DNA of 64,000 nucleotides from Chloroflexota bacterium. Its GTDB lineage: Bacteria; Chloroflexota; Dehalococcoidia; Lucifugimonadales; UBA2985. Shown piece by piece: positions 1 to 8,759 of this stretch. Numbering within the stretch: the stretch's first letter is position 1; each line of letters opens with the position of its first letter. The translations under genes and the position numbers were made by a program. Below the pieces are notes generated by a model. It saw nothing but the letters and a program-made list of their open reading frames with translations. It did no database searches and was not told where the DNA came from. The stretch covers positions 166,280-230,279 of the forward strand of contig JAPPHY010000007.1 in the NCBI GenBank assembly GCA_028877205.1, given 5' to 3'.

Positions 1-756
1 CTGCGTGGCTTCCGCCGGTCTCCCCAGGTGGTCGTAGCCCCTGGACTCCACCTCCAGGGCCAGCTCCTTGCCGCCTGACCTGACGATGCGTCCGTCGATG
101 AGCACGTGTACCTGGTCAGGCACCACGTAGTTGAGGATGCGCTGGTAGTGGGTCACGAGGATGATGGCGTTGTCCGGCCGCCGTAGCTGGTTGATGCCGT
201 CGGCCACGATGCGCAGGGCGTCCACGTCCAGGCCGGAGTCCGGCTCGTCAAGGATGGACAGCTTGGGCTCGAAGATGGCCATCTGAAGCACCTCGTTGCG
301 CTTCTTCTCGCCGCCGGAGAACCCCTCGTTGACGGAGCGCTTGGTGAGGTTACGGTCCATCTCCACCACGTCCACGCGCTCGTTGAGCAGCCGGTCGAAC
401 TTCAGCACGTCGTACTCGTCCATGCCCTTGCTCTTGCGAATGGCGTTGAAGCCTGCGCGCATGAAGTGATCGAGGCGCACGCCCGGCACCTCGATGGGGT
501 GCTGGAAGCAGAGGAAGAGCCCCGCACGCGCCCTGTCCTCGGGCGGCATGCCCAGCAGGCTCTCGCCTTCGAACGTTGCGTCGCCGGCGGTCGTGGTGAA
601 CGACGGGTTGCCCGCCAGCACGTTGGCCAGCGTGCTCTTGCCGGAGCCATTCGGCCCCATGATGGCGTGAACCTCGCCCGCGTTCACCTGCAGGTCAACG
701 CCCTTGAGTATCTCTACGTCGCCTACGGAGGCGTGAAGGTTGGTTATCTGGAGCAT
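1..756 (-). CDS. sufC: Fe-S cluster assembly ABC ATPase SufC (3' end runs off the window)
   Basis: Manual translation from ATG at 756: MLQITNLHASVGDVEILKGVDLQVNAGEVHAIMGPNGSGKST (Walker A), later GFSGGEKKRNEVLQ and LDEPDSGLDVDA; directly downstream of sufB. Confidence 0.95.
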   Translation of the reverse strand, partial: MLQITNLHASVGDVEILKGVDLQVNAGEVHAIMGPNGSGKSTLANVLAGNPSFTTTAGDATFEGESLLGMPPEDRARAGLFLCFQHPIEVPGVRLDHFMRAGFNAIRKSKGMDEYDVLKFDRLLNERVDVVEMDRNLTKRSVNEGFSGGEKKRNEVLQMAIFEPKLSILDEPDSGLDVDALRIVADGINQLRRPDNAIILVTHYQRILNYVVPDQVHVLIDGRIVRSGGKELALEVESRGYDHLGRPAEATQ

Positions 757-802
757 TGGCAGAGTCTCCTGTGTTCGCCTGAAATGGTCGGCCCGCCGGG
801 CG

Positions 803-2260
803 CTAGCCCACGGTGCCCTCGAGGTTCATCTCCAGCAGCCGCGTGGCCTCAACTGCGAACTCCAGAGGCAGCTGCTTGAAGACCTCCTTGCAGAATCCGT
901 TGATGATCAGCGAGTGCGCGTCCTCGATGGAGATGCCCCGCTGGTTGCAGTAGAAGAGCTGGTCCTCGCTCACCTTGGAGGTGAACGCCTCGTGCTCAAG
1001 GTGTGCGGAGTTGTTGCGCACCTCCACGTAGGGCGTGGTGTGGGCGCCGCACTGGTCGCCCAGCAGCAGCGAGTCGCACTGCGTGAAGTTCCACGCGTTG
1101 GTGGCCCGCGGCATCACCCGGACCAGGCCGCGGTAGGTGTTCTGGGCGTGACCCGCCGAGATGCCCTTGGCGATGATGGTGCTGCGGGTGTTCTTGCCTA
1201 AGTGGATCATCTTGGTGCCGGTGTCCGCCTGCTGGTACGCCTTTGTGAGTGCGACCGAATAGAACTCGCCGATGGAGTCGTCGCCCCGCAGGATGACGCT
1301 GGGGTACTTCCACGTGATGGCCGAGCCGGTCTCCACCTGCGTCCAGGAGATCTTCGAGTTGCGTCCCTGGCAGATGCCTCGCTTGGTGACGAAGTTGTAG
1401 ATGCCGCCCTTGCCCTCGTCGTCGCCGGGGTACCAGTTCTGGATGGTGGAGTACTTGATCTCCGCGTTGTCGAGCGTGATCAGCTCCACCACGGCGGCGT
1501 GAAGCTGGTTCTCGTCGCGCATGGGAGCGCTGCACCCCTCGAGGTAGCTGACGTAGCTGCCCTCGTCGGCGATGATGAGCGTGCGCTCGAACTGCCCTGA
1601 CCCCTCGCTGTTGATGCGGAAGTAGGTGGTCAACTCCATGGGGCAGCGCACGCCCTTCGGTATGTAGCAGAACGAGCCGTCCGAGAAGACGGCGGCGTTG
1701 AGCGCGGCGTAGAAGTTGTCCGTGTGCGGCACCACGGAGCCGATGTACTTGCGTACCAGGTCCGGGTGCTCCTGCACGGCCTCCGACATCGAGCAGAAGA
1801 TGATGCCGTGCTTGGCAAGCTCCTCCTTGAAGGTGGTGGCGATGGACACGCTGTCGAACACGGCGTCCACTGCCACGCCTGCCAGTCGCTTCTGCTCCTG
1901 TAGGGGGATGCCCAGCTTCTCGTAGGTACTCAAGATCTCCGGGTCCACCTCGTCGAGGCTGGCCAGCTCCTTCTTGGCCTTGGGCGCGGAGTAGTAGATG
2001 ATGTCCTGGAAGTTAACGGGCGGATGGTGGATGTTGGCCCAACCCGGCAGCCGCTCGCCGTCCAGAAGGGACAGGAAGTGATGGTACGCCTTCATGCGCC
2101 ACTCCAGCATCCACTCCGGCTCGTTCTTCTTGGCGGAGATGAAGCGGATGGTGTCCTCGTTGAGGCCGGGGGGAGCCGACTCCTGCTCGACGTCGGTGAC
2201 GAAGCCGTACTTGTACTCCTGCTTGGCTACGTCCCTGACGACCTGGTTTGTGGTGGTCAA
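803..2260 (-). CDS. sufB: Fe-S cluster assembly scaffold SufB
   Basis: YKYGF N-terminus, [52 protein letters not shown] motifs. Confidence 0.97.
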   Translation of the reverse strand: MTTTNQVVRDVAKQEYKYGFVTDVEQESAPPGLNEDTIRFISAKKNEPEWMLEWRMKAYHHFLSLLDGERLPGWANIHHPPVNFQDIIYYSAPKAKKELASLDEVDPEILSTYEKLGIPLQEQKRLAGVAVDAVFDSVSIATTFKEELAKHGIIFCSMSEAVQEHPDLVRKYIGSVVPHTDNFYAALNAAVFSDGSFCYIPKGVRCPMELTTYFRINSEGSGQFERTLIIADEGSYVSYLEGCSAPMRDENQLHAAVVELITLDNAEIKYSTIQNWYPGDDEGKGGIYNFVTKRGICQGRNSKISWTQVETGSAITWKYPSVILRGDDSIGEFYSVALTKAYQQADTGTKMIHLGKNTRSTIIAKGISAGHAQNTYRGLVRVMPRATNAWNFTQCDSLLLGDQCGAHTTPYVEVRNNSAHLEHEAFTSKVSEDQLFYCNQRGISIEDAHSLIINGFCKEVFKQLPLEFAVEATRLLEMNLEGTVG

Positions 2261-2387
2261 CTGCTCACTCCCTCCCGCGCCTCTCCGCCGGAGCCCTGGG
2301 GCCTCGGCGGCTCGGAGACACGAATACCATTGCTTCTGTATCTATCGGGAATACCTGTGGCCGGGAACACCTGTAGCTGCACCGGGC

Positions 2388-2443
2388 AATTGTCGACCTT
2401 AATGGTCGACAATTATGCTAGCACAGGGCAATGTGCCGGTCAA
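2388..2443 (-). promoter_or_regulatory. suf promoter (TTGACC-N17-TAGCAT) with downstream palindromic operator
   Basis: Minus-strand -35 at 2443-2438 and -10 at 2420-2415; perfect inverted repeat AATTGTCGACC-TTAAT-GGTCGACAATT at 2388-2414. Confidence 0.7.
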
Positions 2444-2512
2444 TAGATACTGCGCAGGCACGGCGGGCGGGTTTGCGGCGACGCTTTCGCTCCAAAATCG
2501 CCTCCGATTTCA

Positions 2513-2541
2513 TTGACTTACGCACAGCGCGGTGGTATATT
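2513..2541 (+). promoter_or_regulatory. sigma70-type promoter for guaB-like gene
   Basis: TTGACT-N17-TATATT with extended TG. Confidence 0.6.
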
Positions 2542-2569
2542 TCCAACCATAATCACCGGGAGATGTACC

Positions 2570-3712
2570 GTGGAGGTTCCTCACCTGAAAGAGCTCCGCA
2601 GGTCCTACGGCTTCGACGAGGTGGCCATCGTCCCGGGGAGCGTGACCGTAAACCCCGACCAGACCCTGATTGACTTCTCCATCGGCGACTACTCCTTCGG
2701 CACTCCATTCCTCGCGTCCTCGCTCGACGCGGTTGCATCCCCCAAGTTCGCGGCCTGCCTGGGCAGGATGGGCGGTCTCGCCGTCCTCAACCTGGAAGGC
2801 ATCTACACCCGCTATGACGACCCCGAGGCCGTCATCCAGCACATCATCGAGGCGCCCCAGGTGGAGGCCACGCCCCTCCTGCAGAAGATCTACTCGTCTC
2901 CCATCAAGGACAACCTCATCGGCGAGCGCGTGGAGGAGATCAAGCGCGAAGGCGTCGCCTGCGCCGTATCGCTCACGCCCGCCAACACCAAGCGCCTCTC
3001 GCCCATCGCCATGGAGGCCGGCGCCGACATCCTGTTCGTCCAGTCCACCGTCACGACGGCGCGGCACATCTCGAAGAGCGAGCAGGGCCTGGACCTGTAC
3101 GACATCTGCAAGCAGGTTCGCGCCCCGGTGGTGGTCGGCAACACGGTCACCTACGGCGCCACGCTGGAGCTGATGGAGACCGGCGTTCAGGGCGTCTTGG
3201 TGGGCGTCGGGCCCGGCGCCATCTGCACCACGCGCGAGGTCGAGGGCATCGGCGTGCCTCAGGTCACCGCCACGCTCGACTGCGCGGCGGCGCGGGAGGA
3301 GTTCTTCCACCGCACCGGTCGCTACGTCCCCATCATCACGGACGGGGGAATGCGCACGGGCGGCGACATCTGCAAGGCGATAGCCAGCGGCGCCGACGCG
3401 GTGATGCTCGGCACCACGTTTGCACAGGCGGAGGAGGCCCCCGGCATGGGCTACAACTGGGGAATGGCCAGCTTCCACCCTGCGCTGCCAAGGGGCACTC
3501 GCATCAACGTCGGGACGAAGGGACCTCTGGAGCAGATCCTCTACGGGCCCACGTCGATGACGGACGGCACGCAGAACCTTGCAGGCGCGCTGCGAGCGGC
3601 GATGGGCATGTGCGGCGCGTTCAACATCGGCGAGATGCAGCAGGCGGAGATGGTGGTTGCGCCGGCCATCAAGACCGAGGGCAAGTACTTCCAGCTGGCG
3701 GGCCGCTTCTAG
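2570..3712 (+). CDS. IMP dehydrogenase family protein (GuaB3-like, no CBS domains)
   Basis: YGFDEVAIVPG, catalytic loop GVGPGAICTTREVEGIGVPQ, DGGMRTGGDICKAIASGADAVMLG; GTG start at 2570 chosen. Confidence 0.9.
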   Translation: MEVPHLKELRRSYGFDEVAIVPGSVTVNPDQTLIDFSIGDYSFGTPFLASSLDAVASPKFAACLGRMGGLAVLNLEGIYTRYDDPEAVIQHIIEAPQVEATPLLQKIYSSPIKDNLIGERVEEIKREGVACAVSLTPANTKRLSPIAMEAGADILFVQSTVTTARHISKSEQGLDLYDICKQVRAPVVVGNTVTYGATLELMETGVQGVLVGVGPGAICTTREVEGIGVPQVTATLDCAAAREEFFHRTGRYVPIITDGGMRTGGDICKAIASGADAVMLGTTFAQAEEAPGMGYNWGMASFHPALPRGTRINVGTKGPLEQILYGPTSMTDGTQNLAGALRAAMGMCGAFNIGEMQQAEMVVAPAIKTEGKYFQLAGRF

Positions 3713-3726
3713 GGCGCACGCGCACC

Positions 3727-3755
3727 GCTCGTGCTGAGCCTGTCGAAGTGCGAGC
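3727..3755 (+). repeat. Palindromic intergenic repeat (REP-like, GAGCCTGTCGAA core)
   Basis: GCTCGTGCTGAGCCTGTCGAAGTGCGAGC; same core recurs at about 24.9, 28.9, 29.1, 60.4 and 61.2 kb. Confidence 0.75.
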
Positions 3756-3827
3756 AGTCACTCCACGATTGACTCTCCCCGGCAATCCGTGAGTTTCCCA
3801 AGCGTGACGTCGCGCGCCTCGCAGGGT

Positions 3828-3856
3828 TTGACGCGTCTGGTTGGCGCCGATACAAT
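3828..3856 (+). promoter_or_regulatory. sigma70-type promoter for tRNA-Ala
   Basis: TTGACG-N17-TACAAT, 30 nt upstream of the tRNA. Confidence 0.7.
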
Positions 3857-3886
3857 CGTAGGCACAGCGCGGCCGTGCGCGTACGC

Positions 3887-3962
3887 GGGGATATAGCTCA
3901 ACTGGGAGAGCGCGGCGTTCGCATCGCCGAGGTTGGGGGTTCGAGCCCCCCTATCTCCACCA
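3887..3962 (+). tRNA. tRNA-Ala (CGC)
   Basis: 76 nt cloverleaf, acceptor GGGGATA/TATCTCC with G3:U70, anticodon arm CGGCG-TTCGCAT-CGCCG, GGTTCGAG T-loop, encoded CCA. Confidence 0.97.
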
Positions 3963-4315
3963 ACCGACCCTAAATTCAGGGGCTAGTGAGTTTCGGGAAT
4001 TAGGGTATCCCATACGGCCTTCCAAGTCTCCTCAAATCATGAAGAACCTGCTGGACGTCCACTGAAGGTGAGAGCAGTCGCGGGGTGTCTAGACGAACAT
4101 CCAACTACAGTACCCTTCACATGCGTTTCGAGGGTAAGGAAGATAAGGTCGCCGGTCGTGAGTTACGAAGTTTTCCTAATGAATAAAGCGCCATTGAGTA
4201 TATGGCTGACCGCTGGCCCAATTCATACTCCAACATGAACCACGCTGGATTTGTTGCTGGTACGCTTATTAGTAGACAAACGGCTAAACTCAACTTTACG
4301 AAGGAAACTCGTGCA

Positions 4316-5194
4316 GTGAATGCGGATCATCACGAAATCACTGAAGTCACGCGGCGTGCCATCCTTGACCATCTAGCTTTGAGTGGCATTCCCTGGGCAG
4401 GCCGCCTAGGAGAGCAAGAATTCCTCGCTAGGCTCTATGACCTCTCATCAATGCCTTCTACAGACAGTCGTTTCAGAGACGCTGACGGTGACATTTGGCA
4501 GCACCGTGTACGCAATCCGAACGATTGGGAAGACGATTGGGTCTTTACCGACCGAAGATTCGACCTACTACACGCTACAGACGACAGATTTCTCCGGTTC
4601 CTCTGTGAAACCATTCATCCCGTCGTGAGGGCCAATGACGAGGAAGTAGGTAACCTTGTATATCATTACAATCAGCATCTGGAGTTCGATGGGTGGCAGA
4701 TAATTGAAGGGGGCAAGATTTCAGGACAGCGATTCTTCGTTCCCCATAAGATGGGACGACGCGTGCAAGTCTTGGACGAACCGGTTGGATGGGAGAAAGT
4801 TCAAGACCTCATAGGCGAAGCCCGCGATCTTCTCCAGGCTGGACTGTATCCGCGGGTGGGTAGTGCCTGCCGCGATGCGCTCATTTATGTGGCGAGAGAG
4901 TTACAAGCAATTGCGCCGGAAACTGCGTTGGGACTGCAAGAAGGAAACGTCCAAGGAATACTAGAGGCCTTCTTGAAAGCAAAACGACCGGGTAAATCGA
5001 ACGAACGCCTTCGGGCTTACGCCAGGACTCCTTGGAACTTCGCTCAACAGGTGCAGCATGACACGGAAGCAGATTATATCTCCGCAGCACTCTGCCTTGA
5101 GGCTGTCGCGTCCACGGCCGCCATTGCATATTTGCTCGCCACTTATGACCAAGGTGGCGATTTCTCCGGCGATATTGATGATTCACCGTTCTGA
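4316..5194 (+). CDS. AbiJ N-terminal domain (NTD3)-containing putative abortive-infection/defence protein
   Basis: ITEVTRRAILD..WAGRLGEQEFLARLYDLSSMPSTDSRF..AxGDIWQHRVRNxxDWEDDWVF..FLRFLCETIHPVVR matches AbiJ_NTD3 by recognition; visibly lower GC than flanks; GTG 4316 after AAGGA (ORF open from 4202). Confidence 0.75.
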   Translation: MNADHHEITEVTRRAILDHLALSGIPWAGRLGEQEFLARLYDLSSMPSTDSRFRDADGDIWQHRVRNPNDWEDDWVFTDRRFDLLHATDDRFLRFLCETIHPVVRANDEEVGNLVYHYNQHLEFDGWQIIEGGKISGQRFFVPHKMGRRVQVLDEPVGWEKVQDLIGEARDLLQAGLYPRVGSACRDALIYVARELQAIAPETALGLQEGNVQGILEAFLKAKRPGKSNERLRAYARTPWNFAQQVQHDTEADYISAALCLEAVASTAAIAYLLATYDQGGDFSGDIDDSPF

Positions 5195-5448
5195 GAGCTC
5201 TTGCTAGTCGTCAAAACCCCTATTCGGTCTGCCAACCGCTCCAGCTCACTTTGATGAACCTGTTTCCCTAGGTATAGGCCAATTCGCGAGGCGCTACGAA
5301 ACTCCTACAAGGCATTACGGACATCACCGCCAAAGCAGGAACACACGCCGCGCCACCGCAAAGTCAACACGGCCGCCAAGTTGCACTGCAATACTCAGAA
5401 CGACTTGACCCACCAGGACTGGCCCGCGTTTTCGAGTAGAAGCGATGG

Positions 5449-5844
5449 CTACAGCGAGTCCACCGCGGCCTGGGCGCAGATTTCGTCCTGTTCCCCCGTG
5501 CCCCCTCCGACCCCACACGCCCCCTCCACGACGCCATCCCGGATAACGGGTATCGCTCCCTGGCCCGGGATCATGCTGCTACCGGAGGCGGCGATGATGC
5601 CCCGGATGGTCGGGTGGTCGGCGCGATCCTGGAGCAAGCCGCTGGCCCTACCGAATCCGACAGACGCGGTTGCCTTGCCCTGGGACCCGTAAACGCTGGC
5701 CCAAATGGCCCCGTCCATCCGGGCGAATGAGATCAGCCTTCCGCCCGGGTCGCACACGGCCACGCTGATCTTGATTCCCAGCTCATTTGCCTTCGCTATA
5801 GCGGCTGCACACAGCTTGTTTGATTCGTCCAGGGTCAGCGCCAT
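5449..5844 (-). CDS. GlcG/HbpS family heme-binding protein
   Basis: ISVAVCDPGGRLISFARMDGA..GKAxASVGF..GAIPVIRDGVVEGACGVGGGTGEQD. Confidence 0.88.
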   Translation of the reverse strand: MALTLDESNKLCAAAIAKANELGIKISVAVCDPGGRLISFARMDGAIWASVYGSQGKATASVGFGRASGLLQDRADHPTIRGIIAASGSSMIPGQGAIPVIRDGVVEGACGVGGGTGEQDEICAQAAVDSL

Positions 5845-6153
5845 GTCGGTTTCCTCCACGGTCGTTGGTGGCAAGCATCATATATCAGGGACTCGGGGTT
5901 CACAAGAAGAAGAGGTTGCGCTGCGTGCAACACAACCACCTCAGCGAAGACATAGCCAAGAGGACAGCACTGACCCTCCAGGCAGGCTTGAGGCCACCAC
6001 CCACGTCTAGAATACGGAATGCCTACCACTCTCATTGATCCACCTAGATCCGCGCCATCAAGAACCGCCGCACTGGCTATCACGATGCGTTAGGCGCGAC
6101 AATAGCGCTGTGCGCCAATTCGCACGCGTTATCTTGGACTGAGGCAACGGAGA

Positions 6154-6801
6154 ATGAACAAATCCAAGGGTGGCTGGCAGCCGGGTACGCAGATACTCCA
6201 GCAGGACATGTGGGGCGACCAACTCCTGACCGTCAGGCCGGTGACGGTCGTGGAGGATGGAGAGCAATACCTCGCACTGTACACTCACCCCAGCGCCCCG
6301 TATCGCTCCGCCGCCACCCGCAGTCGGCACGCGATGTCAGTGCGCGACCGCATTGACCATTGGGAACAGCCCGTGCAGACGCCACTGGAGGAGCGCGTCT
6401 CGGGGCCATACCACGTGCTGACACTTACTCCTCCAGGGTCGTGGCACTCGGTGTGGCTATTCTGGGATCTGGATTGGGAGGTCCACCGGTGGTTCGTGAA
6501 CCTTCAGTCTCCCATTCGCCGGACGTCGAAGGGGATTGTGGTGCGGGACCATATCCTTGACATTAGAGTCGAGCCGGACCTGTCGTGGTCGTGGAAGGAC
6601 AGGGACGAGTTTGACGAACTGGTGCGGCGCGGCTGGTTCACGGACAAGGAGTACACGGCGGTGCTGGCTGAAGCACAGGCAATGGCGCGCATTGTTACCG
6701 AGAAGGGTCCGCCTTTCTCGGACGACTGGGAGCTCTGGCGGCCGGACCCGTCATGGCCAGTCCCAGTCATGCCGGACGACTGGGACCAGCCGGGCTGGTA
6801 G
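6154..6801 (+). CDS. DUF402 domain protein
   Basis: RPVTVVED, HSVWLFW..WFVNLQSP..DHILDIRVEPDLSWSWKDRDEF, C-terminal WRPDPSWPVP. Confidence 0.8.
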   Translation: MNKSKGGWQPGTQILQQDMWGDQLLTVRPVTVVEDGEQYLALYTHPSAPYRSAATRSRHAMSVRDRIDHWEQPVQTPLEERVSGPYHVLTLTPPGSWHSVWLFWDLDWEVHRWFVNLQSPIRRTSKGIVVRDHILDIRVEPDLSWSWKDRDEFDELVRRGWFTDKEYTAVLAEAQAMARIVTEKGPPFSDDWELWRPDPSWPVPVMPDDWDQPGW

Positions 6802-6837
6802 ACCGCTGTGGCTCAATCAAATCGAGCCGGAGAAAGC

Positions 6838-7377
6838 ATGGACAACTGGCACTCACTCGGCACGGCCGGGGAGCACATCGAGGTGGTGGAGTACCGCGCC
6901 GACTGGCCCCTCGTCTTTGAGCGGGAGGCGGCGGCTATCCTGGCGGCGTGCCGGCCCTGGATCACCGAGGGGCACCACATTGGCAGCACGTCCGTGCCGG
7001 GACTCGCGGCCAAGCCCATCCTGGACGTCCTGCCGGTTGCCGCAGGCCCTGCGAAGGCTGACGAAGCCGTCTCCCGGATGGCGGCGCTGGGCTACCGGTA
7101 CCGCGGCGAGAACGGCATCGTCGGCCGCTTCTACTTCGACAGGGTCGTCGACGGCCGCACGGTCATGCACGTCCACATGTTTCCGGCGGGCCATCCCGAA
7201 GTCCATCGACACCTGGTATTCCGCGACCACCTCAGGGCGAACCCGGACGCCGCACGCGAGTACGAGAGGCTCAAGAGGGAGCTCGCAGCGCGATACAGGG
7301 ACGACCGCCGGGCCTACACTGACGCGAAGGCCGCCTTCATCACAAGCGTCATCGACGCCGCGATGCGCGACGCCTGA
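6838..7377 (+). CDS. GrpB family protein (nucleotidyltransferase-like)
   Basis: HIGSTSVPGLAAKPILD, HVH, FRDHLR..EYERLKRELA..YTDAK. Confidence 0.92.
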   Translation: MDNWHSLGTAGEHIEVVEYRADWPLVFEREAAAILAACRPWITEGHHIGSTSVPGLAAKPILDVLPVAAGPAKADEAVSRMAALGYRYRGENGIVGRFYFDRVVDGRTVMHVHMFPAGHPEVHRHLVFRDHLRANPDAAREYERLKRELAARYRDDRRAYTDAKAAFITSVIDAAMRDA

Positions 7378-7429
7378 GTTCTACCCTGGTCTTACCGTCC
7401 CGGCAGAGAATGGTCGCCGAAGCAGGGGC

Positions 7430-8467
7430 CTAGAGGGGCTTGCGCGCCAGGAAGCAGTACAACGGAGTGAAGATTCCGCTCTTGCCGCCCGCCACGTAGG
7501 CCCTTGCGGTATGGTCCATCAGCCCGATGACGTCCGCGGACCCCTTGGGCAACACTCTCAGCGCCTCCGCCATCCTGGATGTCCCCAAGAGCACCTTGCG
7601 GCCCAGCGGGGTCCTGCGCAGGGCGTTTCCCAACGTATTCCCCCGGGCCTCCATCGGCTGATACCACGGCGTGATCCGACCGTTTTCGTCGACAGCCCGG
7701 TCCGTCGCCTCTATGACTTGGAACCCCGCCGTTTCCAGTGCCCGGTTCACCTCGCCCATAGTCGCTATGTCCCTGAGCGCGATGCCGTGCATCAGGTCCC
7801 TCTTCGTGGCTTGGTGCCGCACGTCGCCGGGATCGAACTCTTCCGTCATGCACATTTCCTGGCCCCAAAAGAGGGCTCCGGGCTTCAGCACTCGATATAT
7901 CTCGGCGAACGCGCCCACCTTGTCCGGTGCATGGCACGTTGATTCGATGGCGTAGCCACAGTCGAAGGTATCGTCCGCAATGGCGTCCATGTCCATAAAG
8001 CTGCACGCGAGGTAGTCGACCATGTGGTCCAGCCCTGCCTCAGCGCTCAACGTCTTCGCCTTATCGAGCTGGAGCTCATTCCTGTTGACTCCTACGACCC
8101 TGACGCCGGCCTCGCGGACGACACGGCGCATCGGTCCGCCGACCCCGCAACCAACGTCGATCACAGTCATACCCTCGCTGAGCTCCAGTTTGGAGATCAT
8201 CAGCCGCTGATGCCGGATCTTCGACTCCTCCAGGCTCTCCTCAGGAGATAGCGGCGCGAAGTGCAGGGACTCGCCCCAACCGTACACCATGAACTCGCTG
8301 CAAAGGTCATAGTACTCGTTGACGGTTTCGGTATGGTCGTAGCCCACCGCGCCTCCGTCCTCCGGGTACGCTCTGTCGACCCATCCGTGGAAGCGCTCAA
8401 CCCGACGGGAAACGTCCGACTCGCGGTATGCGGCCCGTAACCCCTTGTATAGCTCCAGAAGTTGCAT
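7430..8467 (-). CDS. Sterol 24-C-methyltransferase-like protein (ERG6/SMT family)
   Basis: YYDLCSEFMVYGWGESLHFA, IDVGCGVGGPMR, YAIESTCHAP, IYRVLKPG, C-terminal VAGGKSGIFTPLYCFLARKP; TATAAT -10 on minus strand at 8550-8545. Confidence 0.88.
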   Translation of the reverse strand: MQLLELYKGLRAAYRESDVSRRVERFHGWVDRAYPEDGGAVGYDHTETVNEYYDLCSEFMVYGWGESLHFAPLSPEESLEESKIRHQRLMISKLELSEGMTVIDVGCGVGGPMRRVVREAGVRVVGVNRNELQLDKAKTLSAEAGLDHMVDYLACSFMDMDAIADDTFDCGYAIESTCHAPDKVGAFAEIYRVLKPGALFWGQEMCMTEEFDPGDVRHQATKRDLMHGIALRDIATMGEVNRALETAGFQVIEATDRAVDENGRITPWYQPMEARGNTLGNALRRTPLGRKVLLGTSRMAEALRVLPKGSADVIGLMDHTARAYVAGGKSGIFTPLYCFLARKPL

Positions 8468-8655
8468 TTGCACCTTTCGAATCAGCCTGGGCAAAGGATA
8501 GTTCGGCTGAAGCGCTGACTCAGCGCCGGATAGCCTCCCGGCCCATTATACTACGACGCCGTTGACCCGCCGCGCTTTCTTCTAATTCGGAACCGCGTAC
8601 GCCTGGTTGAGACCTGGCGGAGTCACCACGACCTCAGCGGCGTTCCACGGTTCGT

Positions 8656-8685
8656 TTGACACCGGGGCGGCCATTCAGATAGGCT
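8656..8685 (+). promoter_or_regulatory. Candidate sigma70 promoter upstream of the small ORF
   Basis: TTGACA-N18-TAGGCT; its spacer is one arm of a 14-bp perfect inverted repeat. Confidence 0.45.
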
Positions 8686-8759
8686 TCGAATCCGAGGGCG
8701 ATGCCTGACGGAATGGCCGCCCCGTTGGGGAATCGGCGGCCCGGGAATCTCTTTCGGCT

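Noticed and set aside
5835-6083. Short ORFs between the GlcG-like and DUF402 genes
   Set aside because: No recognisable motif or RBS; the region reads as divergent promoter space.
8600-8640. ZMP/ZTP riboswitch-like string CTGGCGGAGTCACCAC
   Set aside because: Lacks the GGGGAGC and downstream CGCCTGGG elements, and the neighbours are not purine or folate genes.
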